Program-made: the position numbers and the translations under genes
In this document: positions 41,786-53,057 of the stretch, piece by piece
Position numbering within the stretch: position 1 is the first letter of the stretch
Layout: each line of letters starts with the position of its first letter
The notes under the pieces: generated by a model
The model's database searches: none
What the model saw: the letters and a program-made list of their open reading frames with translations, nothing else
What the model was told of the DNA's origin: nothing
DNA from: Gammaproteobacteria bacterium
GTDB taxonomy: Bacteria > Pseudomonadota > Gammaproteobacteria > Eutrophobiales > Eutrophobiaceae
Direction: 5' to 3'
DNA: 64,000 bases
Assembly: GCA_003250975.1 (NCBI GenBank)
Contig: QKIY01000033.1
Span: 14,086 to 78,085 of the forward strand

Positions 41786-43414
41786 CTAATTGGCGGCGGG
41801 GGGCGGTATATAACCCGGGATGCTTTCCAAGTCAATTTCATCGATCTGTTCCGGATCGAGATACTCTTCTGCATATTTAAGGTAGAGCTTTTCCCACATA
41901 AAGACATCAAACAAGTCCGCGTCAATATGATTGTCCACCTTCATCTGTCCCAGTATGGTCAATGCTTTTGACAGGGGCATGGCATCCTTATATGGCCGGT
42001 CTTTTGCGGTCAGTGCCTCAAAGACATCGGCAATGGCCAGCATCCGAGCCGGTACTGACATTTCTTCTTTCCGAAGTTTATTCGGGTAACCGGTGCCGTC
42101 CATCTTTTCATGATGACCTCCGGCAAATTCGGGTACACGGCGCAGGTGTTTTGGATAAGGCAGAGATTCCAGCATCTTAATTGTCACCGCGACATGGTTA
42201 TTGATGATCTCACGCTCACGGTAACTCAGCGTTCCTCTGCCGATCTTCAGATTTTGTCTTTCTTCCTCTGTCAGGAACTTTTCGATCCCACCTTCCGGGG
42301 TCTGCCATTCATAATCACTTATTTCATCAACCCGCAGGATGGCTTCCTCTGTAATAGACTCGCCACCGATATTGCATTCCCTGAGGAACGTCTTGTCTTG
42401 CTCCAGCTTTTTCAGTTGTTTCTCCAGTGCATCATTTTCAAATGATGATTCACCCAGAGATTCGAGCCGCTTCTTTAATGATTCAATTACTGCATCCCGC
42501 TTCAGGACCTCAAACCGTGTATCGAGCAGCTCTATCCTGTCAAAGATTGTCTCGAGTTTGGTGCCCTTGTCGACAACATATTCGGGTGTCGTGATCTTGC
42601 CACAATCATGCAACCATGCCGCCACATCCAGTTCATAGATTTCCTCATCTGTCATATTGAAATCGGCGAGGGGGCCGTACTTGATCCTGCATGCCGCGTT
42701 AGCGATGAAATTGGTCAGCACCGGTACCCTGCGACAATGTCCGGCGGTGTAAGGGGATTTCTCATCTATCGCGTTGGCAATCAGTTTGATCAGGGCATCG
42801 AACAACGCCTTTTGTGCATCAATCAATGAACGGTTAGTAATGGTAACGGCTGCCTGTGAGGCCAGGGATTCAACCAATTGCTGGGACACATCGGAAAAAG
42901 CAATCACCTCCCCCGTCTCGGGGTCGCTCGCATTGATCAGTTGCAGTACGCCTATGATATTGTTTTCGTGATTTACCATGGGCACAGTAAGGAATGATTT
43001 GGAACGATAGCCGGTCTTTTTGTCAAAATTGCGCGTGCCTGAAAAATCAAACTTTGTCACTTCATAGGCGTCCGGTATGTTGATGGTCTTCCTTTCCAGG
43101 ACTGCACAGGCAGCAACATTATGCAGGTTCGGCTTACCATCTTTCTGGTAAAGGGGGACAGGATAATAGGCCATCGGCTCGCCGGTTTTACCACCCATAT
43201 GAATATCAAGGGAATCGGTATGCATGATCTCGAACCGGAGACGATCATCTTCGGTCCGGATATACAGGGTACCTCCGTCCGCATGAGTGATATCCTTGGC
43301 CCGTATCAGGATCATTTCGAGCAGGCGATCGTGGTCCTTCTCTGCAGACAAGGCGATACCGATGGCATTCAGCTTATCCAGGAGCTTCGGCAGGTCGTTC
43401 CGGGTAGTATCCAT
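41786..43414 (-). CDS. GAF plus HD-GYP cyclic-dinucleotide phosphodiesterase
   Basis: GAF (FDKKTGYRSKSFLTVPM...VLQLIN), HDCGK, HHEKMDGTGYP, IADVFEALTA..RPYK. Confidence 0.9.
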   Translation of the reverse strand: MDTTRNDLPKLLDKLNAIGIALSAEKDHDRLLEMILIRAKDITHADGGTLYIRTEDDRLRFEIMHTDSLDIHMGGKTGEPMAYYPVPLYQKDGKPNLHNVAACAVLERKTINIPDAYEVTKFDFSGTRNFDKKTGYRSKSFLTVPMVNHENNIIGVLQLINASDPETGEVIAFSDVSQQLVESLASQAAVTITNRSLIDAQKALFDALIKLIANAIDEKSPYTAGHCRRVPVLTNFIANAACRIKYGPLADFNMTDEEIYELDVAAWLHDCGKITTPEYVVDKGTKLETIFDRIELLDTRFEVLKRDAVIESLKKRLESLGESSFENDALEKQLKKLEQDKTFLRECNIGGESITEEAILRVDEISDYEWQTPEGGIEKFLTEEERQNLKIGRGTLSYREREIINNHVAVTIKMLESLPYPKHLRRVPEFAGGHHEKMDGTGYPNKLRKEEMSVPARMLAIADVFEALTAKDRPYKDAMPLSKALTILGQMKVDNHIDADLFDVFMWEKLYLKYAEEYLDPEQIDEIDLESIPGYIPPPAAN

Positions 43415-43559
43415 AACGCTCTAAGCTATTAGTTATACTGATATTTTAGTTGTTGCTCAGGATAATACTACCGAAACGCTGCTATATATAGCCTCACAAG
43501 AAGTGGACTTTTAGTTCAAGCGCAGGGACGAGCCTGCAACGGGCACCCGGGAGTGGCGA

Positions 43560-45458
43560 TTATTCTGTCCCTAGATTACTCAGCCGCAGAAACATCCGGT
43601 TCAGGCGCTGGACAAATCCTGTCGGGTCCTCAAGCTGTCCGCCCTCGCTGAGTAATGCTTGTTCAAAGAGGATGTTAGACCAGTCTGAAAAACTGTCACC
43701 TTCCTCCATCTCAATGAGTTGTTTGATCACCGGATGATCCGGGTTAATTTCTAGGATCGGTATGCTACCCAGGACTTTCTGACCGGATGCCTTGAGGATC
43801 CGTTCAAGATTAAGCCCCATATCGTGCTGGTCGGCTACCAAGCAGGCCGGCGATGATGTCAGGCGACGGCTACTCCGGACTGCCTTGACCTTGTCGCCGA
43901 GGATAGTCTTGATCCGTTCAGCAAGATCGGCCAGTGATTCATCCGTTTCTTCCACTTTTTTAGATGAGGTCTCGTCATCCGGTTTTGCTTCCAGATCCAG
44001 TTCACCCCGGGTCACTGACTGCAATGGCTTACCATCAAATTCATTCAAATGGGTTGTCACCCATTCATCGATGGGGTCGGTCATCAGCAGGACTTCAATA
44101 CCTTTCTTGCGAAAGACTTCAAGGTGCGGACTGTTTTTCGCCGTTGCAAAAGTATCGGCAGTTATATAGTAAATGGCCTTCTGGTCTGGTTGCATACGAC
44201 TGACATAATCCTCCAGCGACACGGTCTGCTCCGGACCGTCTTCATGTGTGGAGGAAAATCGGTACAAGCGCGCCAGGTCCTCGCGTCGTTCCGGGTCATC
44301 AATGACCCCTTCCTTGAGGACGCGGCCGAATTCCTTCCAGAATTCCCGGTATTTTTCCGGCTCATCTTTCGCCATATCCTGCAGGAGATTGAGTACCTTC
44401 TTCGTACAGCCAGAACGGATCGAATCAATTATCCGGTTGTGTTGCAGGATCTCGCGAGAGACATTCAATGGCAAATCGTTGGAATCCACTATACCGCGGA
44501 CAAAGCGCAGATAGGACGGAATGAGTTGTTCAGCATCATCCATTATAAATACGCGCTTGACATACAGCTTGATGCCATGACGTTGCTGACGGTCCCAAAG
44601 GTCAAAGGGTGCCCTGGAGGGGATAAATAACAGGCTGGTATATTCCAGTTTACCTTCGACCTTGTTATGCAAGGTGGCCATTGGCGGTTCGAAATCATGG
44701 GCCACGTGTTTATAAAATTCGTTGTATTCATCTTCCTTGATGTCCTTCTTGTTCAGTGTCCATAATGCAGTGGCCTTGTTAACCGTTTCTTCACCCTTTG
44801 CATCCTCGCCTTCCGCTGCCATTAGAATGGGCAGAGGGATGTGGTCTGAATAACGTCTGATGATACCGCGTAAGCGCAAGCCATCCAGAAATTCATCTTC
44901 CCCCTTGCGCAGGTAGAGCGTGATACGTGTTCCGCGTTTCGGCCGGTCAATAGTCTCAACCGTGTATTCACCCTTGCCCTCGGAAACCCAGCGCACGCCT
45001 TCGTGCCGCGGGGCACCGGCACGCCGGCTCTGCACCTCGACCTTGTCGGCGACGATAAATACAGAATAAAATCCGACGCCGAACTGGCCGATAAGCCGGG
45101 CGTCCTTGCTCTCGTCTCCCGTGAGTGACTTGAAAAATTCCTGGGTGCCTGATTTGGCAATCGTCCCCAGATTTTCTATTACTTCCTCGCGCGTCATGCC
45201 GATACCGTTATCAATGACACTTAGGGTATGCTGTTTCTTGTCATACTCGACCCGTATCCTCAGATCAGCGTCCTCTTCATAGAGGCTGTCATCTTTCAGC
45301 GCTTCGAAACGCAGCTTGTCCGCTGCATCCGAGGCATTGGAAATCAGTTCACGCAGGAATATCTCCCTGTTGCTATAAAGTGAATGGATCATCAGGTCCA
45401 ACAACTGCTGGACTTCGGCCTGAAAACCCCGTGTTTCCTGTCTCGCCTCTACACTCAT
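43560..45458 (-). CDS. htpG: molecular chaperone HtpG (Hsp90)
   Basis: YSNREIFLRELISNASDA, LGTIAKSGT, IGQFGVGFYS, DLPLNVSRE; ATG 45458. Confidence 0.98.
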   Translation of the reverse strand: MSVEARQETRGFQAEVQQLLDLMIHSLYSNREIFLRELISNASDAADKLRFEALKDDSLYEEDADLRIRVEYDKKQHTLSVIDNGIGMTREEVIENLGTIAKSGTQEFFKSLTGDESKDARLIGQFGVGFYSVFIVADKVEVQSRRAGAPRHEGVRWVSEGKGEYTVETIDRPKRGTRITLYLRKGEDEFLDGLRLRGIIRRYSDHIPLPILMAAEGEDAKGEETVNKATALWTLNKKDIKEDEYNEFYKHVAHDFEPPMATLHNKVEGKLEYTSLLFIPSRAPFDLWDRQQRHGIKLYVKRVFIMDDAEQLIPSYLRFVRGIVDSNDLPLNVSREILQHNRIIDSIRSGCTKKVLNLLQDMAKDEPEKYREFWKEFGRVLKEGVIDDPERREDLARLYRFSSTHEDGPEQTVSLEDYVSRMQPDQKAIYYITADTFATAKNSPHLEVFRKKGIEVLLMTDPIDEWVTTHLNEFDGKPLQSVTRGELDLEAKPDDETSSKKVEETDESLADLAERIKTILGDKVKAVRSSRRLTSSPACLVADQHDMGLNLERILKASGQKVLGSIPILEINPDHPVIKQLIEMEEGDSFSDWSNILFEQALLSEGGQLEDPTGFVQRLNRMFLRLSNLGTE

Positions 45459-45497
45459 GGTAAAATTTTCCTCCGCAAAATTTTTTACAACCCTCTT

Positions 45498-45525
45498 ACT
45501 TGGGGTCATGACAACAATTTTCAAG
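45498..45525 (-). promoter_or_regulatory. sigma-32 (RpoH) promoter of htpG
   Basis: The minus strand reads CTTGAAA-N13-CCCCAAGT about 40 nt upstream of the htpG ATG. Confidence 0.85.
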
Positions 45526-45746
45526 TCATTATTGTGCCGGGAATTCCCACCATAATGAAATTTCTTACTCTAGGCCTGCCATGATCAGGAACAAAGATCG
45601 CGCCGCCGGTAAAGCAAAAAACTGGTATCCTCCATGAAACTACACCAGTTTGCCTAGCACCTGCTGCCAACATGGTAAATGCAAGCGGTGCCATTGGCAC
45701 AGTTTAAACACTATAAAGACTTGTGACATAGCTGGAGAGAGAATAT

Positions 45747-46217
45747 ATGGCCCTGAGAATTTTATTGATCCTTATAATCGGTCAACTGGTCACCGCCTGT
45801 GAAATGGCACCAATTAAGGACGAGAACGGCCTAGTCAAACTGCACGAGGTCCAGAAACGGGCCGACGAGGCCTACTGGAAAGAAGAGTGGGAGGCCGCGG
45901 AGCAGGACTATCAGTATCTCGCAAATGCCCTGCCCGACGATGCTGAGCCCCGGTTCCGCCTGGGTAATGTTTATGCCCGCACAGATCGGCTGGACGCCGC
46001 TGTCAAGGCATACCACGAGGCGCTCGCCATAGACAATACAAACAGCAAAATTTGGCATAACCTGGGGATCGTTCAGTTGCGCCAGGCCAGCAATACCTTC
46101 AGAGAGATGCTTGTTTACACTGACCCATCGGACCCGTTGAATTTACGCGCCCGGGACATGCTTGATACTATTACCCGTGCCATGGCTTCGCGATTTGGTG
46201 TTAACGTCACAGAGTAA
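45747..46217 (+). CDS. TPR-repeat lipoprotein
   Basis: Lipobox VTAC; TPR motifs FRLGNVY...AVKAYHEAL and WHNLGIV. Confidence 0.8.
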   Translation: MALRILLILIIGQLVTACEMAPIKDENGLVKLHEVQKRADEAYWKEEWEAAEQDYQYLANALPDDAEPRFRLGNVYARTDRLDAAVKAYHEALAIDNTNSKIWHNLGIVQLRQASNTFREMLVYTDPSDPLNLRARDMLDTITRAMASRFGVNVTE

Positions 46218-46279
46218 TATGGACTATGATCCACAGAGTGTCCTGAAACCAGTACCGAACCGATACCGGGGGAGACCGA

Positions 46280-48847
46280 TTGACACCCACGAAGACTGAC
46301 ACGCCTGACTACAGCGCGCATACCCCAGTCATTCAACAATACCTGGGCTTCAAGGCCCAACACCCGGACAAACTGCTGTTCTTCCGCATGGGTGATTTCT
46401 ATGAACTGTTTTTCGATGATGCACGCAAGGTCGCCCGTCTGCTTGATATCGCCCTGACCAGACGCGGCCAGTCTGCCGGCGAACCGATACCTATGGCCGG
46501 CGTGCCTTTCCACGCAGCCGAGAATTACTTGGCCCGCCTGATCCGCAAGGGGGAATCCGTCGTGATCTGTGAACAGATTGGTGACCCGCTTACCAGTAAG
46601 GGCCCGGTGGAACGCAGGATTGTACGGATTATAACTCCGGGCACCGTGACAGAAGACGGGATGCTGGAAGACAGGACGGATACTCTGCTGCTTGCTATCT
46701 GCCGGGAAGGAAAGCGCTTTGGTCTCGCATGCCTGAACATGAGTTGCGGCAAGCTCGTGTTAATGGAAGTTGATTCCCGGGAGTCCTTGTTGGGTGAACT
46801 GGATCGACTGGCACCTGCCGAGATCTTGGTTGCAGAGAGTACGGGACCCGAGGAGATACCGGGACCCATCTCCCGGATCACCCGCCGCCCTGAATCACAA
46901 TTTGACCCGGAACAGTCCGACTGCTTGATCAAGAAACAATTCGGCGTTACTGACTTGTCCGGATTCGGTTGTGAAGACATGCTGCTCGCCATTCGGGCCA
47001 CCGGCGCCCTGCTGAATTACACTCGGGAAACCCAATGCGACACCCTGCCGCATATCCAGGGGATTACGATTGAATCACAGGATGAATGCATCATTCTCGA
47101 CAGCATAAGCCGTCGCAATCTGGAACTCGATATCAGCATCAATGGCAGGAAAGATCACTGCCTTCTGGAAGTCATCGACACCACCTCAACCGCCATGGGT
47201 GGCCGTCTGTTACGGCGCTGGCTACATCGCCCTTTGCGTGACCGTCAATTACTGCGCTTACGCCATGCCGCTGTTGAAACGCTGATCGAAAACCGCTTTT
47301 TCATCCAGTTTCATGAGCACCTGCGCACAATAGGAGATATTGAACGCATCCTGACCCGTGTGGCATTGAAATCAGCCCGCCCCAGGGACCTGCTCCAGCT
47401 GCGCAGCGCTCTGGAACGCCTGCCGGCACTCAAGTCACTACTGGGAACGGCCGATAGCCCTCTTCTGGAACAAATACATGCCGAACTTCATGAATTCCCG
47501 GATACCCTGGCACTGCTGGAAAAGGCGTTGCCAGAGACCGTCCCGGTCACAATTCGCGATGGCAATGTGATTGCAGCAGGCTATGATTCCGAGCTGGATG
47601 AACTGCGGCAGTTGAGTGACAATGCTGGGGCGTTCCTGCGGCAACTGGAAGATCGGGAACGACGTCGCACCGGGATAACAACCCTGAAGACCGGTTTCAA
47701 CCGTGTCCACGGATACTACATCGAGATCAGCCGTGGACAAAGCGATCGGGCGCCTGCCGATTACACGCGGCGTCAGACCCTCAAGGCAACCGAACGTTTT
47801 ATCACACCCGAGCTCAAAACATTTGAAGACAGGGTATTGAGCGCCCGCGAGAAGGCACTGGCGAGGGAAAAATATCTCTACGATCAACTGCTTGATCGCC
47901 TGTTCAGCGACCTAGTGCGGTTGCAGACCACGGTACAGCGCATTGCTGAACTTGATGTGCTGGTCAGTTTCGCCGAGCGCGCCATGACATTAGATCTATC
48001 GGCGCCGGAACTCTCGGACCGCAAGGTCCTGTCCATTACCGGGGGACGCCATCTGGTCGTCGAGCAACTCCAGCCGGGACCCTTCATCGCCAATGACCTG
48101 GAACTGAATGCCGGGCGCCATATGTTGATCGTCACCGGACCCAATATGGGCGGCAAATCCACATACATGCGGCAGACGGCGTTGATTGTCCTCATGGCTC
48201 ATATCGGCAGTTTTGTCCCAGCAGAAGCTGCGGAGATCGGGCCTGTGGACCGGATTTTCACGCGCATCGGGGCGGCCGATGACTTGGCCGGCGGCAAATC
48301 CACCTTTATGGTTGAAATGATCGAGACGGCCAACATCCTGAATAACGCGACCGGTGAGAGCCTGGTGCTGATGGATGAGATCGGACGCGGCACAGGGACG
48401 ATGGACGGTCTGGCACTGGCATGGGCGAGCGCGGAATATCTTGCCGCCCGCACTGAAACTATGACACTTTTCGCAACCCATTATTTCGAACTCACCAGCC
48501 TGCCTGACAAACTTGATAAGGTCGCCAATGTTCATCTTGATGCCGTTGAGCATGGTGATGCAATTATCTTTTTGCATGCGGTAAAGCCTGGGCCGGCAAA
48601 TCGCAGTTATGGATTACAAGTGGCGCAACTCGCAGGGGTGCCCAGCACTGTACTCGAACGGGCGAGACAAATTTTACACTCCTTGGACAGCAAGCAGGTG
48701 GAAACAAAGGCCGCAGAAAATGAAGACCTGTTCCGATCGGCAGTACAGCAACTCCTGGAAAGGCTCAATGCAACCAACCCTGACGAGCTTAGCCCCAGAC
48801 AGGCACTGGAATTAATCTATGCCCTGAAGGCCGACCTCGACGACTAG
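46280..48847 (+). CDS. mutS: DNA mismatch repair protein MutS
   Basis: [43 protein letters not shown]. Confidence 0.98.
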   Translation: MTPTKTDTPDYSAHTPVIQQYLGFKAQHPDKLLFFRMGDFYELFFDDARKVARLLDIALTRRGQSAGEPIPMAGVPFHAAENYLARLIRKGESVVICEQIGDPLTSKGPVERRIVRIITPGTVTEDGMLEDRTDTLLLAICREGKRFGLACLNMSCGKLVLMEVDSRESLLGELDRLAPAEILVAESTGPEEIPGPISRITRRPESQFDPEQSDCLIKKQFGVTDLSGFGCEDMLLAIRATGALLNYTRETQCDTLPHIQGITIESQDECIILDSISRRNLELDISINGRKDHCLLEVIDTTSTAMGGRLLRRWLHRPLRDRQLLRLRHAAVETLIENRFFIQFHEHLRTIGDIERILTRVALKSARPRDLLQLRSALERLPALKSLLGTADSPLLEQIHAELHEFPDTLALLEKALPETVPVTIRDGNVIAAGYDSELDELRQLSDNAGAFLRQLEDRERRRTGITTLKTGFNRVHGYYIEISRGQSDRAPADYTRRQTLKATERFITPELKTFEDRVLSAREKALAREKYLYDQLLDRLFSDLVRLQTTVQRIAELDVLVSFAERAMTLDLSAPELSDRKVLSITGGRHLVVEQLQPGPFIANDLELNAGRHMLIVTGPNMGGKSTYMRQTALIVLMAHIGSFVPAEAAEIGPVDRIFTRIGAADDLAGGKSTFMVEMIETANILNNATGESLVLMDEIGRGTGTMDGLALAWASAEYLAARTETMTLFATHYFELTSLPDKLDKVANVHLDAVEHGDAIIFLHAVKPGPANRSYGLQVAQLAGVPSTVLERARQILHSLDSKQVETKAAENEDLFRSAVQQLLERLNATNPDELSPRQALELIYALKADLDD

Positions 48848-48982
48848 ACCATTAACCCTATTACTTGATCATTGAGATCCAAGACGCGTAAATATAAGAC
48901 GCCAAATTTATTCTTTTTCATCTCCAGCGAAAACGGTATTATGAGCCCCGGTTTTTTCCATAAAAATAACAGGTGATCATAG

Positions 48983-49306
48983 ATGCCATTTGTAGTGACC
49001 CAGAGCTGTATCAAGTGCAAATACACCGATTGCGTAGAGGTTTGCCCCGTGGACTGCTTTCACGAGGGCCCGAATATGCTTGTCATTGATCCCGATGAAT
49101 GTATCGACTGCACTCTGTGTGAGCCGGAATGCCCGGTGAACGCAATTATGTCTGAGGATGACGTCCCTGCAGATATGCAGGAATTTATTGAATTGAATGC
49201 TGAGCTTTCCAAGGAATGGCCGGTCATTAATGAGATGAAAGACCCTCCTGAAGATGCAGATGAGTGGAAAGATAAAAAGGACAAGCTTCAATACCTTGAA
49301 CGGTAA
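48983..49306 (+). CDS. fdxA: 7Fe ferredoxin (Azotobacter FdI type)
   Basis: [17 protein letters not shown] and [12 protein letters not shown]; adjacent to mutS. Confidence 0.95.
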   Translation: MPFVVTQSCIKCKYTDCVEVCPVDCFHEGPNMLVIDPDECIDCTLCEPECPVNAIMSEDDVPADMQEFIELNAELSKEWPVINEMKDPPEDADEWKDKKDKLQYLER

Positions 49307-49336
49307 ATAACACTGATAAACTACTCCTGAACCAGC

Positions 49337-49376
49337 AAAAGCCGGTAAGCCATTAAAGCTACCGGCTTTTTATTTT
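49337..49376 (+). terminator. intrinsic terminator after fdxA
   Basis: Hairpin AAAAGCCGGTAAGC-loop-GCTACCGGCTTTT followed by a T-rich tract. Confidence 0.8.
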
Positions 49377-49616
49377 AACCGGCAGCCTTCAGGAAAGGGA
49401 CTATCATGCCAACTTGCCTGATAGTTATCGCTTTTTAAACGATCTGTTGCTAGACTTTTTCCAGTAAAATCAGGTGAATAAGACTGCTTTCTACAATTGG
49501 CCAAAACACCGGGGCCTCTATCCCGGAGAGTATATATGGCCTATGCCTGGTGCAATCCTGCAACCCAGGGTGAATTAATAAGTTATTGAATATTAAGTGA
49601 TTATGCATAATACGCC

Positions 49617-50426
49617 ATGACTTTCGGGGTTGAGATAGCGAGTGCCTCTCATATCGGGAAAAAGCGTCCCCATAACGAGGACAGCATCCTGACGGACAAG
49701 GAGATCCGCCTGTTTGTCCTAGCGGATGGCATGGGGGGCTACAAGGCCGGCGAGGTTGCCAGCGCCATTGCCGTCACTACCATCTATCAGGTTATCAATG
49801 ATGAACGGCCGCAAGGTCCTACTGACAAGACAGTAGGAGACGAAACCGAATTGATAAGGAGGGCAATTAATCAAGCTAATTCAAATATTTATAATATGGC
49901 TAAAACTAACCGCGATTGTCGCGGCATGGGCACGACGGTGGTTATGGGGTGGATCTGTAATGACAGGATGGTTATCGGTAACGTGGGTGATTCCCGAGTC
50001 TACCGCCTAAGGGCAAAAAAACTGGAGCAGATTACCAAGGACCATTCCCTGATCCAGGAATTGATCGATCGAGGCATGTATACGGCGGAAGAGGCCAATG
50101 CCAAGATGCCAAAGAATCTGGTAACCCGTGCATTGGGACTAGATACCAACGTTGATGTGGATGTATATGAAGATCTAGTGCTGCCGAAAGATATCTATCT
50201 GCTGTGCTCAGACGGATTAAATGATATGGTAAATGATGAAGAAATTCACTTAACCCTAGGTAAATATAGTGCTAATCTTGCACAGGCAGCTGACAAGCTG
50301 GTGCAACTCGCTAACCATCACGGCGGCAAGGACAATATCTCCGTGGTGTTGATTAGGATCAAAAATAACAATGGATCCGCTGATCAGGGTGGGGTTTTGA
50401 AAAGGGTATTTAACAGATTTTCTTGA
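49617..50426 (+). CDS. PP2C-type Ser/Thr phosphatase (Stp1/PrpC family)
   Basis: HNEDS, ADGMGG, NVGDSR, TKDHS, LCSDGL, GGKDNIS. Confidence 0.93.
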   Translation: MTFGVEIASASHIGKKRPHNEDSILTDKEIRLFVLADGMGGYKAGEVASAIAVTTIYQVINDERPQGPTDKTVGDETELIRRAINQANSNIYNMAKTNRDCRGMGTTVVMGWICNDRMVIGNVGDSRVYRLRAKKLEQITKDHSLIQELIDRGMYTAEEANAKMPKNLVTRALGLDTNVDVDVYEDLVLPKDIYLLCSDGLNDMVNDEEIHLTLGKYSANLAQAADKLVQLANHHGGKDNISVVLIRIKNNNGSADQGGVLKRVFNRFS

Positions 50427-50447
50427 TGTAAGGGGTCAATAAAGACA

Positions 50448-51158
50448 ATGGCAAAACTAGTTCTGACCATGAACGGTGCCGTTCAAGGCGAATACGAACT
50501 GAATCAGGAACGGATGAGTATAGGCCGCAAGGCTGAGAATGATATCCAGATCGATAATCTCGCTGTCAGCGGCAAACATGCCCTGATTATTACCATTCTG
50601 GACGATTCTTTCCTCGAGGACCTTGGCAGTACCAATGGCACCTATGTTAATGGAAAACTGGTTAAGAAACACGCCCTTAAAGACGGTGATGTGATTGCCA
50701 TTGGCAAGCACGAACTGAAATATATCAATGAAAATGCCACATCGAATGATGATGAGTTTGAAAAGACCATGATCATTAAGCCGGGATCGGCAAGCGCCGC
50801 CGTTGCCGCTGCGCAGGCTGCGGAAAAGGCCGGCGCCAAGGCGGAACAGGTCCCCCTCGCATCGACCAACGTGCCGAGCGGCATGCCGCTCGCAAGATTG
50901 ACCGTGCTCAACGGTCCCATAGCCGGCAAGGAACTGGAATTAACCAAGGCCCTTGTTACCCTTGGGAAACCCGGCACCCAGGTTGCTGTTATTTCGCGCA
51001 GGCCCCAGGGGTATTTCCTGACACACATTGAAAGTGATGGTGATGGTAAACGCTATCCAGTCGTTAATGGTGAACCGATCGGCCCCAAGGCCTACCAACT
51101 CAAGAATTCTGACATGATTGAGCTTGCTGGTATCAAGATGGAATTTACCACCAGCTAG
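50448..51158 (+). CDS. FHA-domain protein (canonical N-terminal FHA plus degenerate C-terminal FHA-like domain)
   Basis: IGRK...VSGKHA...STNGTYVNG; Ala-rich linker after EKTMII; second beta-sandwich domain lacking the GR and SxxH motifs. Confidence 0.9.
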   Translation: MAKLVLTMNGAVQGEYELNQERMSIGRKAENDIQIDNLAVSGKHALIITILDDSFLEDLGSTNGTYVNGKLVKKHALKDGDVIAIGKHELKYINENATSNDDEFEKTMIIKPGSASAAVAAAQAAEKAGAKAEQVPLASTNVPSGMPLARLTVLNGPIAGKELELTKALVTLGKPGTQVAVISRRPQGYFLTHIESDGDGKRYPVVNGEPIGPKAYQLKNSDMIELAGIKMEFTTS

Positions 51159-51188
51159 GAAGGCGTCAGCTACTTTTTTTCCCTGTCA

Positions 51189-51623
51189 CTACAACAGCCC
51201 CTTGATCTTCTCCAGATAGTCCGTCTCATCAGGCAGAGTGTTGTTTCGTTGCGCTGTCCACAGGATCTCACCGAGACATTCGAACATGAGGTGTTCTGCC
51301 TCATGCGTGGAACCCAGCTTCTTTGCAAGTTGCTGATGAATCCTGCTAACCCCGGGAGGGCGGTCGGTGCTGATCTGTTCCCGGATCGCGATATGCATCC
51401 CCATGTGCAGGAACGGATTGGTAGCACCGGCCTCGGGCGGGAACTCCTGGTCCGCTGCCGTTATGCCTGACTGCATGAACATGTGATATTCCGGGTGTTC
51501 GAGGATTACCTTGAGGATCATGTCTTCAAGTGGTTCCAGTACGGCTCCCTTCTGGTATTTTTCCCAGACGGACAGGAAAAATCGCCGGGAGTCATCACGA
51601 TCTTGTATAAACGGGCCTGGCAT
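51189..51623 (-). CDS. DUF1841 family protein
   Basis: RRFF..W.K, HPEYH, NPFLHMGMHIAIREQISTDRP, ECLGEILW; TGATG coupling with nth. Confidence 0.88.
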   Translation of the reverse strand: MPGPFIQDRDDSRRFFLSVWEKYQKGAVLEPLEDMILKVILEHPEYHMFMQSGITAADQEFPPEAGATNPFLHMGMHIAIREQISTDRPPGVSRIHQQLAKKLGSTHEAEHLMFECLGEILWTAQRNNTLPDETDYLEKIKGLL

Positions 51624-52261
51624 CAGAGATAATCCTTTTTTTCCTTCCACTCACACAAATCATTAATAATACATTCCGCGCATTTTGGTTTGCGTGCAGT
51701 ACAGACATAGCGACCGTGCAGGATCAACCAGTGATGAGCGTTTTTTCTGAATTCATCCGGTACTAACTTTAATAATTTCATTTCCACTTCCAGTACATTC
51801 TTGCCCGGCGCGATACCAGTACGATTTGAAACCCGGAAGATATGGGTATCAACTGCAATTGTCGGCTGACCAAAAGCCGTATTAAGAATTACATTTGCTG
51901 TTTTTCGGCCCACACCGGGCAGTTTTTCTAGTGCTTCCCGGTTATCTGGCACTTGCCCCCCATACTCCTTTACTAGGATATGGCAGGTCTTGATGATGTT
52001 TTCAGCCTTCGAATTAAAAAGGCCGATTGTCCTGATGTATTTCTTCAGTCCGGTCAAACCAAGCTTAAGCATGCCTTGGGCCGTATTCGCCCGTCTGAAT
52101 AATTTCTCTGTGGCCTTGTTGACACCGACATCCGTGGCCTGGGCGGACAGTATCACGGCAATCAGCAATTCAAAAGGACTTGAATAGTGAAGTTCGGTAG
52201 TGGGATGCGGATTATGCGTCTGCAGGCGCGAGAAGATTTCAGTACGTTTCTGCTTGTTCAC
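51623..52261 (-). CDS. nth: endonuclease III
   Basis: LSAQATD, HhH LPGVGRKTAN, VDTH, [4Fe-4S] motif CTARKPKCAECIINDLC. Confidence 0.97.
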   Translation of the reverse strand: MNKQKRTEIFSRLQTHNPHPTTELHYSSPFELLIAVILSAQATDVGVNKATEKLFRRANTAQGMLKLGLTGLKKYIRTIGLFNSKAENIIKTCHILVKEYGGQVPDNREALEKLPGVGRKTANVILNTAFGQPTIAVDTHIFRVSNRTGIAPGKNVLEVEMKLLKLVPDEFRKNAHHWLILHGRYVCTARKPKCAECIINDLCEWKEKKDYL

Positions 52262-52276
52262 GGACGGTTCGGGACT

Positions 52277-52819
52277 TTATTGGTCGGCAGCCTGCAGGCC
52301 TGCTTTCACAGGCTGCAGAAAATTCACCCCCGCAAGTAACAGGCCCAGTAGAAGGAATCCCCCCGCGGGTCCGGCCAGTGATGAAAGACCGGCATATTGA
52401 CGTGCGCCGCCTATAACAATCAGGAGAAGGACAACAATGACAACTGTCCCCACTATATTCAACACCGTTTTTACCGGCCCATGACGTAGTGCCACTTCCT
52501 CGGCAAGCGCTATGACCAAACAGTTCATCGCCAGTAAAGGAATATAGATACCAAGACCGGCGAAAATATCATATGTGAAATATTGCAATATCAATGATAT
52601 CGCAGTGACTACGGTTGCAGAGATCATAAGGATCAAAGGAATACGCAGTTGCAGTGGAATGAAATTCCTCGACAGAGAAATAATGAGACTGGAACTACAG
52701 ACCGTGGCGAGAAATACCAGACCCATCCAAGACGCCAGTTGAAGGTCAACGGCAATGGCCAGCATCGGACAAACAGCCAGCGCTGTATGGAGCGGATACC
52801 TCATGATCATTGAATTCAT
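52277..52819 (-). CDS. divergent RnfE/RsxE (Rnf-Nqr) membrane subunit, orphan
   Basis: VCPMLAI, IPLQLRIP, LGIYIPLLAMNC, GPAGGFLLLG; sits in the usual rsxE position upstream of nth. Confidence 0.75.
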   Translation of the reverse strand: MNSMIMRYPLHTALAVCPMLAIAVDLQLASWMGLVFLATVCSSSLIISLSRNFIPLQLRIPLILMISATVVTAISLILQYFTYDIFAGLGIYIPLLAMNCLVIALAEEVALRHGPVKTVLNIVGTVVIVVLLLIVIGGARQYAGLSSLAGPAGGFLLLGLLLAGVNFLQPVKAGLQAADQ

Positions 52820-53057
52820 ATAACGGTTATATCGAAGCTTCACACAAAAATTTGGCACCAAGACGGATCATCCCCTCCATATAATGAACATACAATGGTG
52901 CATTACAACTGTAAAAGTCATGGTCTGTTTATACTGCCATTTTTATATTTTTATTAAATTTCATTAGCTTACAAATCTGGCACATATTGCGGCGCGGTAA
53001 ACGGTATCTTCCCATGCCTTTCCTGGCTGGGATGAAGATTTTCTAGGTCTCAACGTC

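Noticed and set aside
33597..43414. GGDEF cyclase and HD-GYP phosphodiesterase as a dedicated signalling pair
   Set aside because: They are about 7 kb apart, on opposite strands and separated by unrelated genes; there is no evidence of linkage.
49377..49616. Short hairpins upstream of the PP2C gene as a possible sRNA or riboswitch
   Set aside because: The stems are short and imperfect with no recognisable RNA family motif. An Infernal/Rfam scan would be needed.
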